Assembly (NCBI RefSeq): GCF_036321535.1
Contig: NC_087436.1
Location: forward strand, 97,900,001 to 97,964,000
DNA from: Camelus dromedarius
Taxonomy: Eukaryota
Direction: 5' to 3'
DNA: 64,000 bases
Position numbers and translations under genes: made by a program. The notes beneath the pieces were generated by a model. The model had not been told where the DNA came from. It worked only from the letters and a program-made list of their open reading frames with translations, and made no database searches. Every line of letters starts with the position of its first letter. Positions within the stretch are counted from its first letter, which is position 1. Positions 52,240 to 64,000 of this stretch are shown here, piece by piece.

Positions 52240-55200
52240 CTTTCAGCAAATAGAGTTGTAATATTGAGGGGAAGGGTTTATTAAATGACTTCTAGAAAGT
52301 CAAGAACAGAAGGTAAGAAATATATAAGGAATGAATCCAGCCAGTCTACTCATTCAAGTTTATCTGTTCTTAGTCCTCCAATTTGTGCTACAAGGCTTCT
52401 TGTGTATCCTCACACAGCCTCTGCACTTGCCTTCAACCATTCCACCCAATATCTTCTCCCTCAACACTTATCATTTGCTTCTGTTGGGATAAAAACATTT
52501 ATCCCATTTATCATGCATTATCATTTGACCCATCCTTTGCAAAGAAATAAAAAAATATTTAAAAATCAAGATTCTTTTTAAGATGTTAAGGTAGTCTGTG
52601 TAGCAATACATTTTAGGAAATTCATTTATGTTGTTTTAGATTCTCCATCATTGCAACAATTGAATTGCCAAAGTTATTTGCTTTCTTTTTTCTGTAGCTA
52701 TTATAATATTTATTTATAGTATATGTCCCAATACTTGGACCTAAACCTAATATCCAAATGGAAAATAAAGAGTGACATATTTCCTATTTATACTTTTTCA
52801 TTTTTCCTCCTTGATTCTTTATTTTCTTTATTTCTCTAGACACTTTTCAGAGTTAGTTACTTTTGTTTCGAAGGGCAAGCAACAATAAGAATTTATTTCA
52901 TTCTGAAGAATGCTATGTAATGATTTGATAGTTATCATATACTGACCTTTGGCATTTTTTATGTTGTAGGTTACTTGAGAGTTTAATTTTACACAAGGAA
53001 TAGAATGTGTGTTGGCAAGAGTACTGGAGTAGGAATGAGAAAAAAAATAGGCTGTAAAAAAAATGGTAGAACCATGGATACATGGATAATTATAAAATTT
53101 CACAATGTTTCTTTTTCAATTAAATGATAAAATATGTTACCTTAAGTTGTCTTTTAATTTCAAATTTTACTATACCTGTTTCCTTTCCAATCTTAGAATT
53201 ATGAAATGGTATTATATTCAAATAACAATTTGTTTTAGAGTTCTGAATGGCTAAGACATTATTTCAGGTGCTCATTAGATATTGTTTTATATCAAATTTG
53301 GAACTTGAAATTCACAGTTAAAATTGTGATTTGAACTTTTTTAAAAGAAAGAGAAAGAAAAGCAGTTCTTCTCAGAATAAATCTTCCAAAATGATTCAGA
53401 AGAGTTAACTTTGGCTATAAGTTCCTGCAGCCATAGGATGTAATAGGCTTCTTTGGACTGTGAACATATGTTGAGATAATCCATTTAAAATTGTATGTTT
53501 AAACATGTTACGAGCTTCAATAATGACTTTTTCAATAACGACCCTTCAATAATTCACTTTTTCTGAGGAAGCGATCAACAATATCAATCTTAATATCAAT
53601 TTTTAATGAAACAAAAGACAGAAAAAAACAAGGACAAACATTTAATGTATCATACTGCAAACAATGAGTGCCAGTGAAAAGTTTAATTCTACTAGTGAGA
53701 GAGATGTACTGCATGTGCAGTTATTTATTTTTTTCTTCCTTTTCTCTCTCTTTCTCTCTCTCCCACACATCCCACTGGAATTTATAAGGAAATGGCTTTT
53801 AATTTTATTTTTACTATACTGAAGGTTATAACTAAAGCAACTATGTAACAAAGCAACTCTTTAAGAGTAGACTCATTTAATAATGGGCGTGAGATTTGCA
53901 GGTGCAAATCATCTTTGCATAATATCCCAAATCCTAATCACTGGTTGGCATGTCCAGGGGAAGACATATATAGTCATATCACTGACTAGCTTCCCTAGGA
54001 ATTTTAAAGTTGGACAGGAGAGTCTCTTTTTGTTTTCTGGACTGGAAGAGAAAATGCTTGGCGGCCACCAGCAGTCCAGTGTCCTATAACTTAGACCAGA
54101 AAAGCAAAGAAAGTTTAGATAATGAAGTGCTATATGAAGTTCTGGGACAAGGGCCAGGCACAAATTAAGCACCTTAGAGCTGATAAACAATTATTTATTG
54201 TTACTGCTGTTATTTCTGAATGTGGAAGGAATTGTTCTGATTTCCTTTCTTCTCTTTCTTGTCCTCCGTTTCGCTTTAATTCTCCCAGCTTTTCTCTAAA
54301 TTTCCCTTCTGGAGATATCTAGAATATTCAGAATGCACATGCTGTCAAATAGTATTTCTCCAACTTGAATGCAGCCTGATTCAGAGAATAAGTTAAAAAT
54401 ATAAAGTCCATTAACTTTTTAGACAGCCTATTTTACTTGACTGGTTAATTGCTCTCAAACAATCCTGTGATACAGACATCCTTCCAGTGTGGTCAAGTGG
54501 TGCAATTCAAACTAATTGAATAAAAGCTTATCTCAGATCAGTAAATAAGCAAGATTTATAAACATTTCTAAAACTAATTAAATTGTCATTTGTTTGAGTA
54601 CCTAAAATATTTGGTCAAAAGCCTTCTCTCTTACCCTCAGAAAGCAAGTCTTTGGACAGCATGGCACAAATATATGGCCTAAGGATACAGAGTAATTTGT
54701 CCTGAATACACCGACTTAGGAACAAGTCTTGACAGTTAAGACTTCTCAGTAGTTGGAGGATTAAGTGTGTTGGACCTGAAAAGATGCTCAACATTTGAGC
54801 TATTAAAAGATAAACTAAGACATATTAAATTTTTTAGTTTACTTGAGAAAAAAGCAATCTGAAGTACCGAACAGGAAGTGGTTAGGAGCACTACCCCTAC
54901 AGGAGCCGGGGAAAGACTATTACAGAAAGGGTAGAAGCCACGTAAGGACATTATTGATGAACCACAGCTTAAAGCCTACTTGGCTGTTTATTACTGGTTG
55001 TCCTTTGATTTCAATTTCAAAAGCTCGAGACACTTACTGGCTTAGATTCTGGTTTGCTCACATAGGCTGCCAAGTCATCAGAGCCAACTCAGTCTAATGG
55101 CCTCCTTGTTTAATTGATTTAAAAGAGCTTATATTATTTTCACTTCTTAATTGTTTGCAAGTATGTTGTGAGTTGGCTAGAGGTTTTGACTGTATTTTGT

Positions 55201-55300
55201 GAAAAATAGCACAAGGGAAAAATGATTGACATTGATAACATAAAGCTGTTAACTTGAGTTCTGCTCCTGGGATCACCCAAGGCTAAAAATGCCCTCCTTT
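52240..55300 (+). other. Viral array segment
   Basis: SVGIK ~52480-52494 (L SVGVK); TEGYN 53818-53832 (exact L); LRPEKQ 54090-54107 (L YRPERQ); VLGQG 54139-54153 (L ILGQG). Confidence 0.7.
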
Positions 55301-55303
55301 TTT

Positions 55304-56405
55304 TGTTCAGGAAACGTCTTACTGCAAAGAACCATTCTTCCTCCTTTCTCCCTCAGAGTCTCCATAAGACTCATGGATATCCCCCTTATTTACATATGAC
55401 AAGGACAGACACAGACTCTCCCAATACCCATTCTTTGCTTCTTCATAAAGGATTAGTGGAATTGCTGGTTCCCATTGATGAATGGTAAAAAAAGTGATTG
55501 TTAACTAATTTGACCAAACTTTAGTTAAGCTTTTTCTCTTTCTCCAGGTCCTGAATTTTGACTCACCTCAGCATACAATCCCTCCTTAATGGTCTCTCCT
55601 GAGAACCTGCTGAACACAAGGAAAATCATTCCCTGAGGACCCGTCCTCTAGTCATGCCTCCCACACCCCGTGTTGCTGGAGATTAGGTTCTTGTCTCATT
55701 ACAGAAAGATGAGACACAGGGGTCAAGAAAGTTAAGTGAGGATTTATTAAGTGATACATGATAGTACACTCTCAAGGGGAGAGCAGGTAGACTGAGGTGA
55801 GCAGCTGCCCTGAGTTTCTTTGGCAAGCTGGTTACACAGAATGTAAAAATGAATGGGAAGAATATTCAATGGGGAGGGAGGGACTTGGGGTCGTATTCCC
55901 TGAAAGGAGGAGGGATTCTGTCCTTATTTAGTCTGGATTGGAAGTGTCATGGCTTTGATGCATGATGGATACTTCTAATTTTATTGTAATGAGGGCATAA
56001 TGAAAAAAGGGTTACGTCTGGATGCTAGAGATTCCTGCCTTTTCCCACTTTTCTTTGCCTGCCTCAAGGACACCTGTCACCCCCAAAATGTAGGATTTCT
56101 CATCAGCTGGAGGTTCCTGCTTTTCTGTCTGCCCAAGGACCCCAGCTGTTCACAAGATGCATGGTTTCCTGCCATTTGCCCCATGCCCCCCTTTCTCTGC
56201 TCACATCCAGCTACCTGCCTCCTCTAACACCTATATCCACTCTTTCTAGCCTTATTTGCCCTTCCCTATAATAGACAATCCTTGCTGCCTGCTCTTTGAG
56301 GTTCTTGAAAGTCTTCTTTTGCAACAGTCTCTTTCCCCTCATTGGAATAGTCCTTTTCAAGAAAGTCTCTTAATACTAAGTTCAGATTTGATTTTATTTA
56401 ACAAC
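55304..56405 (+). mobile_element. ERV1-type solo LTR (MER31-like) split by a second LTR
   Basis: tgttcagg...ttgaccaaactttagttaagc ... gatttgattttatttaaca. Confidence 0.6.
55671..56229 (-). mobile_element. Nested antisense solo LTR
   Basis: TG...CA termini (tgttgctgg ... ctctaaca); tttatt (minus-strand AATAAA) at ~55743. Confidence 0.75.
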
Positions 56406-56949
56406 ATGTAAGTTTTTAATCATTGAATTATATTGACCTACACATTTTGCTTGAGAGAAGAGATGCTTCTGTGCATCTATAACATAGGGGACATAATTAT
56501 TTGAGGTCTAAAAGGAACCCTGATGTTTAAACATACTTTGATGCAATTACAGTTGCTTTCTCTTTCTTTAAATTTTCCTTTAAAACATTTTCTTGTTAAA
56601 TGTTGACAAAAATCTTAGGAAGCAAATTTGAATTTCCTAAAAAACAATTAAGCACTAATCAATGCTTTTCTTGGAAGACTAAATCTCCTTACCTTGAAAA
56701 TACCTATTAATCATCTATAAAACTTCTATTACATGTATGAATACATAATCTAGATGAATGCCCTAGAGAATATTTTAATGTTTTAATGTTCCACTTTCAA
56801 TAATCATTTTCTTCCAAATCAAGTTTAAAATTGTCCTTTCCTTCAAGGCCATCCCATTATTCCACAAGAGGTTAAAGTATCAGAAAGTTCCTCCTGCTCG
56901 CTTTCTCCTACACTTGACATCATTAATTTCTACATATTATTTAACTAGC

Positions 56950-57170
56950 TGTGTGGCAGAGCAGAAAGGGCTTTCAAAATAGAATCATGTAAGCTTGGGT
57001 TCAATTGCAGGCTCTGCTATACATTTTCAGCTTGAACTTAGGCAGATAATACAACCTGTCTATTCATAAAGTGGGAATGACAAATTTACCTTGCAAGAAA
57101 GATTGATGAGAAGGTTAACTAAGATAAAAGATGCAGGACTTTGCAAAAAGCAGTTCATCATTAATAAACA
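56950..57170 (+). mobile_element. MIR
   Basis: cttgggttcaattgcaggctctgcta...cataaagtgggaatgaca. Confidence 0.6.
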
Positions 57171-57794
57171 ATGATCTCTGTTTCTTCTCTTGCATGACCT
57201 GCTAACAACTTTATAGAATCACTCAGAAATTGCTTGGTTCATGAAGTCTGGACAGAAAGTCATAGATGTTGTTAAAATGTAGAGTAACGAACAAGTTTCT
57301 TACTGTTCTCTGTGGGAGAACATTTGGTTAATTTTCCATTTTCCTCTAGGAGAGGACATCGATAAAACTACTAACATAAATTGGGAAAATATTCTAAATC
57401 ACTTCTATATAATCCCTTCTACCATTATCGTTTCTTTAAAAATATGGGCTCTAAAGAATTCATTTAATTTTCCATTGTCTACCTCATGCACATTTGTACT
57501 ATTTATTGAAATCAGCAAAATTAATACTACTATGAAAAAAATGAAAAAGAGAAGCAATAGGCACTGCAACTAACTAGATAACTAGATATGATTTCCCTCT
57601 TCTCTTTTTATTTAGGTATCTTCTTATTTTGTTCTGTTCTGTTTTCTCAGATTATGTGTATCTAAAAGAATTAAAAGTACATGGCCATTAAATGATATGG
57701 GATAGTAATAGATGTATTAGGCACTTAAAAACAAATCATGAAATGTGAAGTGACTTTCACTAATCCATTCAACATATGACTCCTAGGCTACATT

Positions 57795-60320
57795 TCTTTT
57801 TTTTTTAAATTTTTTTTCCTGAAATGTATAAATAAAAAATATACATCTTTAAGGTATACATGGTGATTATATATATATATATATGTATATATACACACAC
57901 ACACACACATAGTGAAATGATTACTACAGTCAAGATAATCAACATACCAATCTCCTCACATAGCTATCATTTTTGTGTGTGTTGTGACAGCACTTGAAAT
58001 TCACTCTCTCAGTAAATTTCCAGTATTCAACATAGTATTACTAACTGCAGTCATCATGCTTTATGTTAGATCTCTAGAATTATTAATCCCGTATAACTGT
58101 AAGTTTGTATCCGTTGATCAACTTCCCTACTTCTGGTAACCACTGTTTTACTCTCTGCTTCTATGTATTCAACTTTTTTAGAGTCTGCATGTAAAAGAGA
58201 TCATTCAGTATTTTTCTTTCTGTGTCTGGCTTCTTTTACTTAGCATCATGCCCTCCAGGCTCATCAGGTTGTTGCAAATGGCAGGATCTCCTTTTTGAAT
58301 GCTGAATAATATCCCATTATATAAATATATATATGTATATATATACACATACATACACACACAGACATATATACCACAATCTCTTTATCCATTCATCCGT
58401 CAATGGCCACAGGTTGTTTCCATACCTTGGCTATTCTGAATAATGCTGTAATGAACAAGAGAGTGTAGACATGTTTTTGAGATACAGTTTCATTTCCTTT
58501 GGGTATGCATTCAGGAGTGGAATCCATGCGGTAATTCAATTTTTAATTCTCTGAGGAACTTTCATACTATTTTCCATAATAGTTATGCTGATTTATATTC
58601 CCATTAACAGTGTACAAGGGTTTTTTCTCCACATCCTCACCAATACTTATCTTTCATCCTTTTGATAATAGCTATTGTAATAGGTGCAAGATGATATCTC
58701 ACCATGGTTTTGATCTGTATTTCCCTGATGATGAGTGATGTTAAGTACCTTTTGACATATTTGTTGGCCTTTTGTATGTCTTCTTTATAAACATTCAGAT
58801 CCTCTGCTCATTCATTATTCCTGTTGTTTGCTTTGCTTTCAAGTTGTATGAGTTCCTAATACATTTTGGATATTAACTCATTAGATATTTGTTTTGCAAA
58901 TATCTTCTTCCAGTGTATAGGTTGCCTTTTCATTTTATTGATGGCTTCCTTTGCTGTCCAAAACTTTTTAGTTTAATGTAGTCCCATTTGTTGATTTTTA
59001 CTTTTATTTCCCTTGCCTGGGGAGGCATATCCAGAAAGACATTGCTAAGACAGATGTCAAAGAGCATACTGCCCATGTTTTCTTACAGGAGTTTCATGGT
59101 TTCTGATCTTACACTCAAGTCTTTAATCCATTTTGAATTGATTTTTGTGCATTGTGTGAGAGTGATCTATTTTCATTTTTTTTCATGTGGCTGTCCAGTT
59201 TTTCCAGCATTATTTATAGAGACTATCTTTTCTCCATTGCATGTTCAAATTTACATAAATATTGCACCTGGAGTTTATTTGTGTATGATGTGGAATGATT
59301 GTTAAACATCATTTATTCTCTACATGTAACATTTATTGAAATTTATTAGGTGACCAGACTTTCCTCAGTACTTTGCTATATTATTTTTGTCAAAAATCAA
59401 TTGTCCACCCATGCATTGGTCTGTTCTAAACATTATTCTTTGCCATTGATCTATTTTTCTATCTTACTACCCATAAAACAGTATTTTAATTAATATGACT
59501 TTATACTAAATATTTATATTTAAGAGAATAAAATAACTCCACTCCCTTGTTATCTGTCTTCAGGATTGTCGTGGCTATTCTTTGCTCTTTGAATCACCAT
59601 ACAAATTTCAGAATGTCAATATTCTAACAAAATTAAAACAACAACAACACATAACAACAACAAAAACAAACCATAAAGTTTTGTTTCATATTGTATCAAA
59701 TCATTTAATTTATTTGGGGATAATGCTATCCTAATAATGTTGAGCCTATCAATTGAGAAGCATTTACATTTACATTTAAGTTTTCATACTGCCTAATGGC
59801 ACTATACGTTTTTCTGGGTAGATTCATTCCTATGTATCTAATGCTTTTGATGTTATTTCAAATTATTTTATTTTCCTATTTTATTTTCTACTTGTTATTT
59901 AGCATGCATAAAATTCAAATTTTTGTACACTGACCTATCCAGCCATTCCCATAAACTTGCTAACTTATAAATGTTCTATGAATTTATTTGTGGATTTTTC
60001 TAGATTTTCTGCATTCATAATCATATCACTTGAGAATATAGCTTTATTTCTTTTATTTCTTATAGTTTCTTTTTCCTTTACCTGAGGCTAGAATTTCCAG
60101 TAAACTGCTGAACAGAAGTATTGGTAAATTAACATTATCATCTAATTTCCAATCTTAGAGTAAAGTCTAGAATAGCACCATGAAATATGTTGGTTTTTTG
60201 TTTCTTGTTTTTTCTCTTTTCTTTTCTGTAGATATCCTTTGTTAAATATGACAAAATCCTTCCTATTCCTAATTTGATAAATATTTTTTATCAGAAACAG
60301 AGACTAAATTTTATCATTGC
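57795..60320 (-). mobile_element. Antisense L1 (L1MA-like 3' part plus older L1 body)
   Basis: Poly-T at ~57797; antisense L1 3'UTR and ORF2 text. Confidence 0.9.
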
Positions 60321-61671
60321 TTCACTCTATTTGTTTTGTTGTTTGCATCTTCATTTTTCGAAGGTGTTTAGTCAGATCTCATAGAGTATTAAAATGTAAT
60401 TATCTTTAGAATCCCACTTTAATGATGGCAAATGCCTACATTTATAATCCATAGAAAAACTGTTAGGATTTCTTTGTGAATGACACGTCAATTTAAAAAA
60501 AAAACTATAAATAAGTTAATTTTTAGTATTTTTATAACACATTTCTCAAGAAAATGTTTGGTATTGTGGTGGGTAATATGAATTCTCCTGTATACATTAG
60601 CAATCAAAGTTGCCTATAATATTTTTCATGGTCCTTCTGCCTAAATCCAACATGCAGCCACTCTGTTCTTACATTTGACTCTGTCCTCATTAAAGGTGAC
60701 ACTTCCTCTAGACTTCTCTGCTTTGTATTTCTCTTTAACAATAATCTCTTTCTACCTAGTATATTGTTTCTTAAGTATTTTTCATTTTCTTCTCTTTTTC
60801 TCCACTAAAATGTAAGTTCCATGAGAGCATGAATTTGTTTATTTTCTCAATGACATATCCTGGCACTTAGAACAAATGTTTATAACAATAAGAAGGAAAA
60901 TTCTAGGATTGTGTCAAGATTTCCAGCATAGAATTACTAGGATAACTAATACTTTTGTTAAAGGAATAAGGGAAATGTGACTTGTTTTTGTCAGTGGCAA
61001 CAATGAGATAATTTGGATGGATTTATGTTGTAGATTGATCACATAGTGTTTCAGACTGATTCTGTTATTCAGTAATTTTAACATTATAATACAACCATTT
61101 TTATAATCATTAGCTTATTTAACCACAATTAATCTGTTAGTAATTAAACAGTAACTATGTAATCTATTGTGTTACAACATTGTTAGGTAGTATTGTTAAT
61201 TCTATTTTAATATGAGGAAAATAATGCTTAGAGAGATTAAGAAACTTTCACAAGTTACATAGTGGATGAACCAGGATTCAAATCCATATTATTATTATTA
61301 AAATAACATGAATTTAACTATAATTCTGTATCACAGAGCTGATACTTTTACTTCACTGATGAGTATTTAAAATACGTAGTTTAAAATACACATTATATAA
61401 AATACACACATCAGTTGATTCTGATTTTAAAGGTCTGGAATGGATATTTCTCAGAAAGTTGTCCAAGGCTTGTAGATGAATAGCCTGATTTGGATAACAA
61501 AGACATGCTTGATGGCATTTTTGTTTTTCAAAACTAGGTTTAGCTAAATAGAAAGAAAATTGTTTTTGTAGTGCGACTGAATTAAAAAAAAAAAAAACAG
61601 AATATAGTGTAAAGGTAGCTATGACAGAATAAGAAGCTGTACATGATAGAACTTAGAATATGATGTGAACT

Positions 61672-62645
61672 TGTGTTAGTCAGAGTTCTATTCGGGAAGC
61701 ATGGACACTATGGGTCTAATGAAACAAGGGAGTCTACTTTACACAATTTTGAAGGAACGAGGAAATGAAAGCTCTAAAAAGGGGTTTAGAAAGATCCAAG
61801 AAAGGTCAGCATCCAGCCCTGGTGTAGGTGATAGAGTTGGGGTTACCAGGGAAATCTAGAGCTAGGTCCACCCAGCTTCTAGAGAAGGAGTTTGATGGGG
61901 ACATGTTGCACAAGCCTACGGCAAGGTGTTGTCTCTTTGTGGCTACTGCCATCCTCAGTTTGGTAAGATTCAGCCCCTTGCTTCACATAAATTTTCTGTC
62001 TAGATGTGTTAAATAACTAAAATTAAAAAAAAAAATACTAACAAAGACAAACTAATACAAAAAGAGAGATAAATTTACTTCTAGTGAAATACATTAATGC
62101 TACAATCTGTTGGAATATTGTTAGTCAAAATTCCTCCCCAAGACAATAGTTTCCAGCTTCTCCTGCCTGTTTTGTATGAAGAATTCAATATGCCTATAAC
62201 TTCACTTCTAGTTAACATAGTAGGTTTCTGTTATGTTTCTAAAGATGTTTATTATTTTTTAGTGCATTCTATTGTTTCATTTATCTCTATTTTAACTTTA
62301 TTGATGCTGGCTTCGTGTTCTTTTTGTGGCTACTGCTTTCCTGAGACTGAAAAAAAAAAAAAAGTACATTTTTGAACCAAGAGTGACTGTTACATCAGCA
62401 AGGCCAGCAGTCAGAAAGGAGAGCTCATGATGATGGAGGAAAGAGCAAGAGCCGGCCCTCACTAGCATGTCTGTATTAATCTCTCACTTCCTTCAGTCAA
62501 CAGCAGCCATCAGAGCAAAATGGTTGCTGCTTTATTTTTATCCCCCAAATATTGCATATTTTTTATTTGTCTGACTCTTTTTTGGAATGAAAACCTGGGA
62601 AACATAAGTCTCAACAACCTAATTGATATTAGAATAGGCCAGCAT
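61672..62645. mobile_element. Old LTR-like element split by a ~370 bp insert
   Basis: tgtgttagtcagagttct start; LTR-like text resumes ~62340-62645; 14-bp duplication around the insert. Confidence 0.5.
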
Positions 62646-63349
62646 ACATGGTAAGAAAAAAGTCAGTTTGGATGATGATGATAATAATCATAGGATAATG
62701 GGGCAAAATTTTAAAGACAAAGTATACTGAATTAAAAGAAATAGATCACAGTGAGGTATGGATTGATAGTAAATCTAGAGCATTTTTCTTTCTAATTTTC
62801 TATTTCCAATTTTGCATCCTGGTTAATATTTATTCAGGATACTTAGTAAGAACAGAAATAACTACAAATTTTTAAAAAATAATAAAAAAAATCAGTTTCC
62901 TGCTATCTATATTGTCTTATATTGTTTTGGGATGACAAAATTTCCTTCCTTAAGGTGTTGGTGTTTCATAACTAAAAACTAAACTAAACTGAAAAATGCT
63001 TTCCTATTACTTCTCTATCTCTTATATACTACATTTCTCTTGAAACACAATTGAGCAGTCCTCTGACTTTTACCATGAGACATGACCTAATTTCCACATT
63101 TTGTGATAGTCTCACTTATTTTCTTCACTCTACTTCTCTGAATGTAGTCAATTTTATATCTCCCCAGTGCATCTATGCTTTTCATACAGCTATAAAAAAA
63201 TTTTTCCTTAACATCAGTGATTTTTAATTTAAAGCCTATAAAATGTCTTTCACATATTGTGAAATTTTACATTTCTTTCTCTCTGTACTAAGCTTTTGGA
63301 TATCTGTTTTACTCATATGAATTTTAATTATAGTATTAATTATATTTTT

Positions 63350-64000
63350 CAGAAACTGACTGATCTCACAACATAATACTTCCAAGTACATTTCCATTCA
63401 TTCCTACTTACTCAACTATTCTGACTTGCCTCAAGGATTTTTTTTTCCTGTTTAAACAAATTTTACTAAGATTATGTATTCTAACAAAGGTACGCCAGTT
63501 CAAATGTAGAAGCAGATATAGAAATCAGTCAATGAAAATTGGGATTGAAAACATATGTAAGTTCACAAAGAAATATTTGAAATCAAATATTAGGCCAAAA
63601 CTAGGAATTAAAATCAACCTATATTTCTTGAGTACACTTAAAACATATAGGTCATAGGAATTAGGATAAAACTACTCAGAAATGCTGTCCTTTAAATCAA
63701 TTTATTCTCTAGTAATAGAGAATACAAATAATGATCAGAATTAATTAGTAGGATCAAGTTTGAACATTAATATGTGATTATCCAAGAATCCACACCCTGT
63801 GTTATCATACGTGTCTGCTTCTCTCATTAGAAATAAAAGCTGTTTTGCAGGGGGAGCTTACAACATTTATTTTGTTGAATCTGTCACCTCTGCCAAGCAG
63901 CTATCACAAGGATTTGAAAAAAACAGTGCTTAATAACTCACTGTTAAATTAATTAAATAATAGTTATAGTACATGAAATGCCACAAAAAAGAACAAAGCC
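63350..64000 (+). other. Viral array segment (runs off window end)
   Basis: FLEYT 63624-63638 (N FLQYT); IRPKL ~63589-63603; SAKQL ~63889-63903 (L AAKQL). Confidence 0.5.

Noticed and set aside
35149..59305. ORFs at 35149-36391, 44256-44873 and 58988-59305 as genes
   Set aside because: All lie within truncated L1 copies (ORF2 remnants or their antisense)
1..64000. CRISPR array
   Set aside because: No recurring direct repeat between the short units and no cas genes; the DNA is mammalian. The resemblance is conceptual only.

Overview
AT-rich mammalian genomic DNA, probably camelid judging by the young L1 3' ends. No host protein-coding exon was recognised. Ordinary repeats (L1, L2, MIR, MLT1/MLT2, MER58, solo LTRs) and a nested pair of decayed endogenous retroviruses (9.7-17.1 kb) occupy much of the window. 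The main observation concerns the DNA between the repeats. From position 1 to 64000 it translates into densely packed, very short pieces (roughly 15-60 nt) resembling bornavirus N, M, G and L proteins. The pieces are in scrambled order, show no repeated spacer and are co-oriented. They are viral-mRNA-sense on the minus strand up to about 26.38 kb and on the plus strand afterwards, and some viral regions recur in different DNA versions. This looks like a large shredded-virus archive locus rather than a normal collinear EBLN/EBLL pseudogene. The viral matches come from manual translation compared with Borna disease virus 1 (BoDV-1) proteins recalled from memory and need tblastn/HMM confirmation. 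Individual 4-6 aa hits can be chance; their density, strand bias and several exact matches are the evidence.
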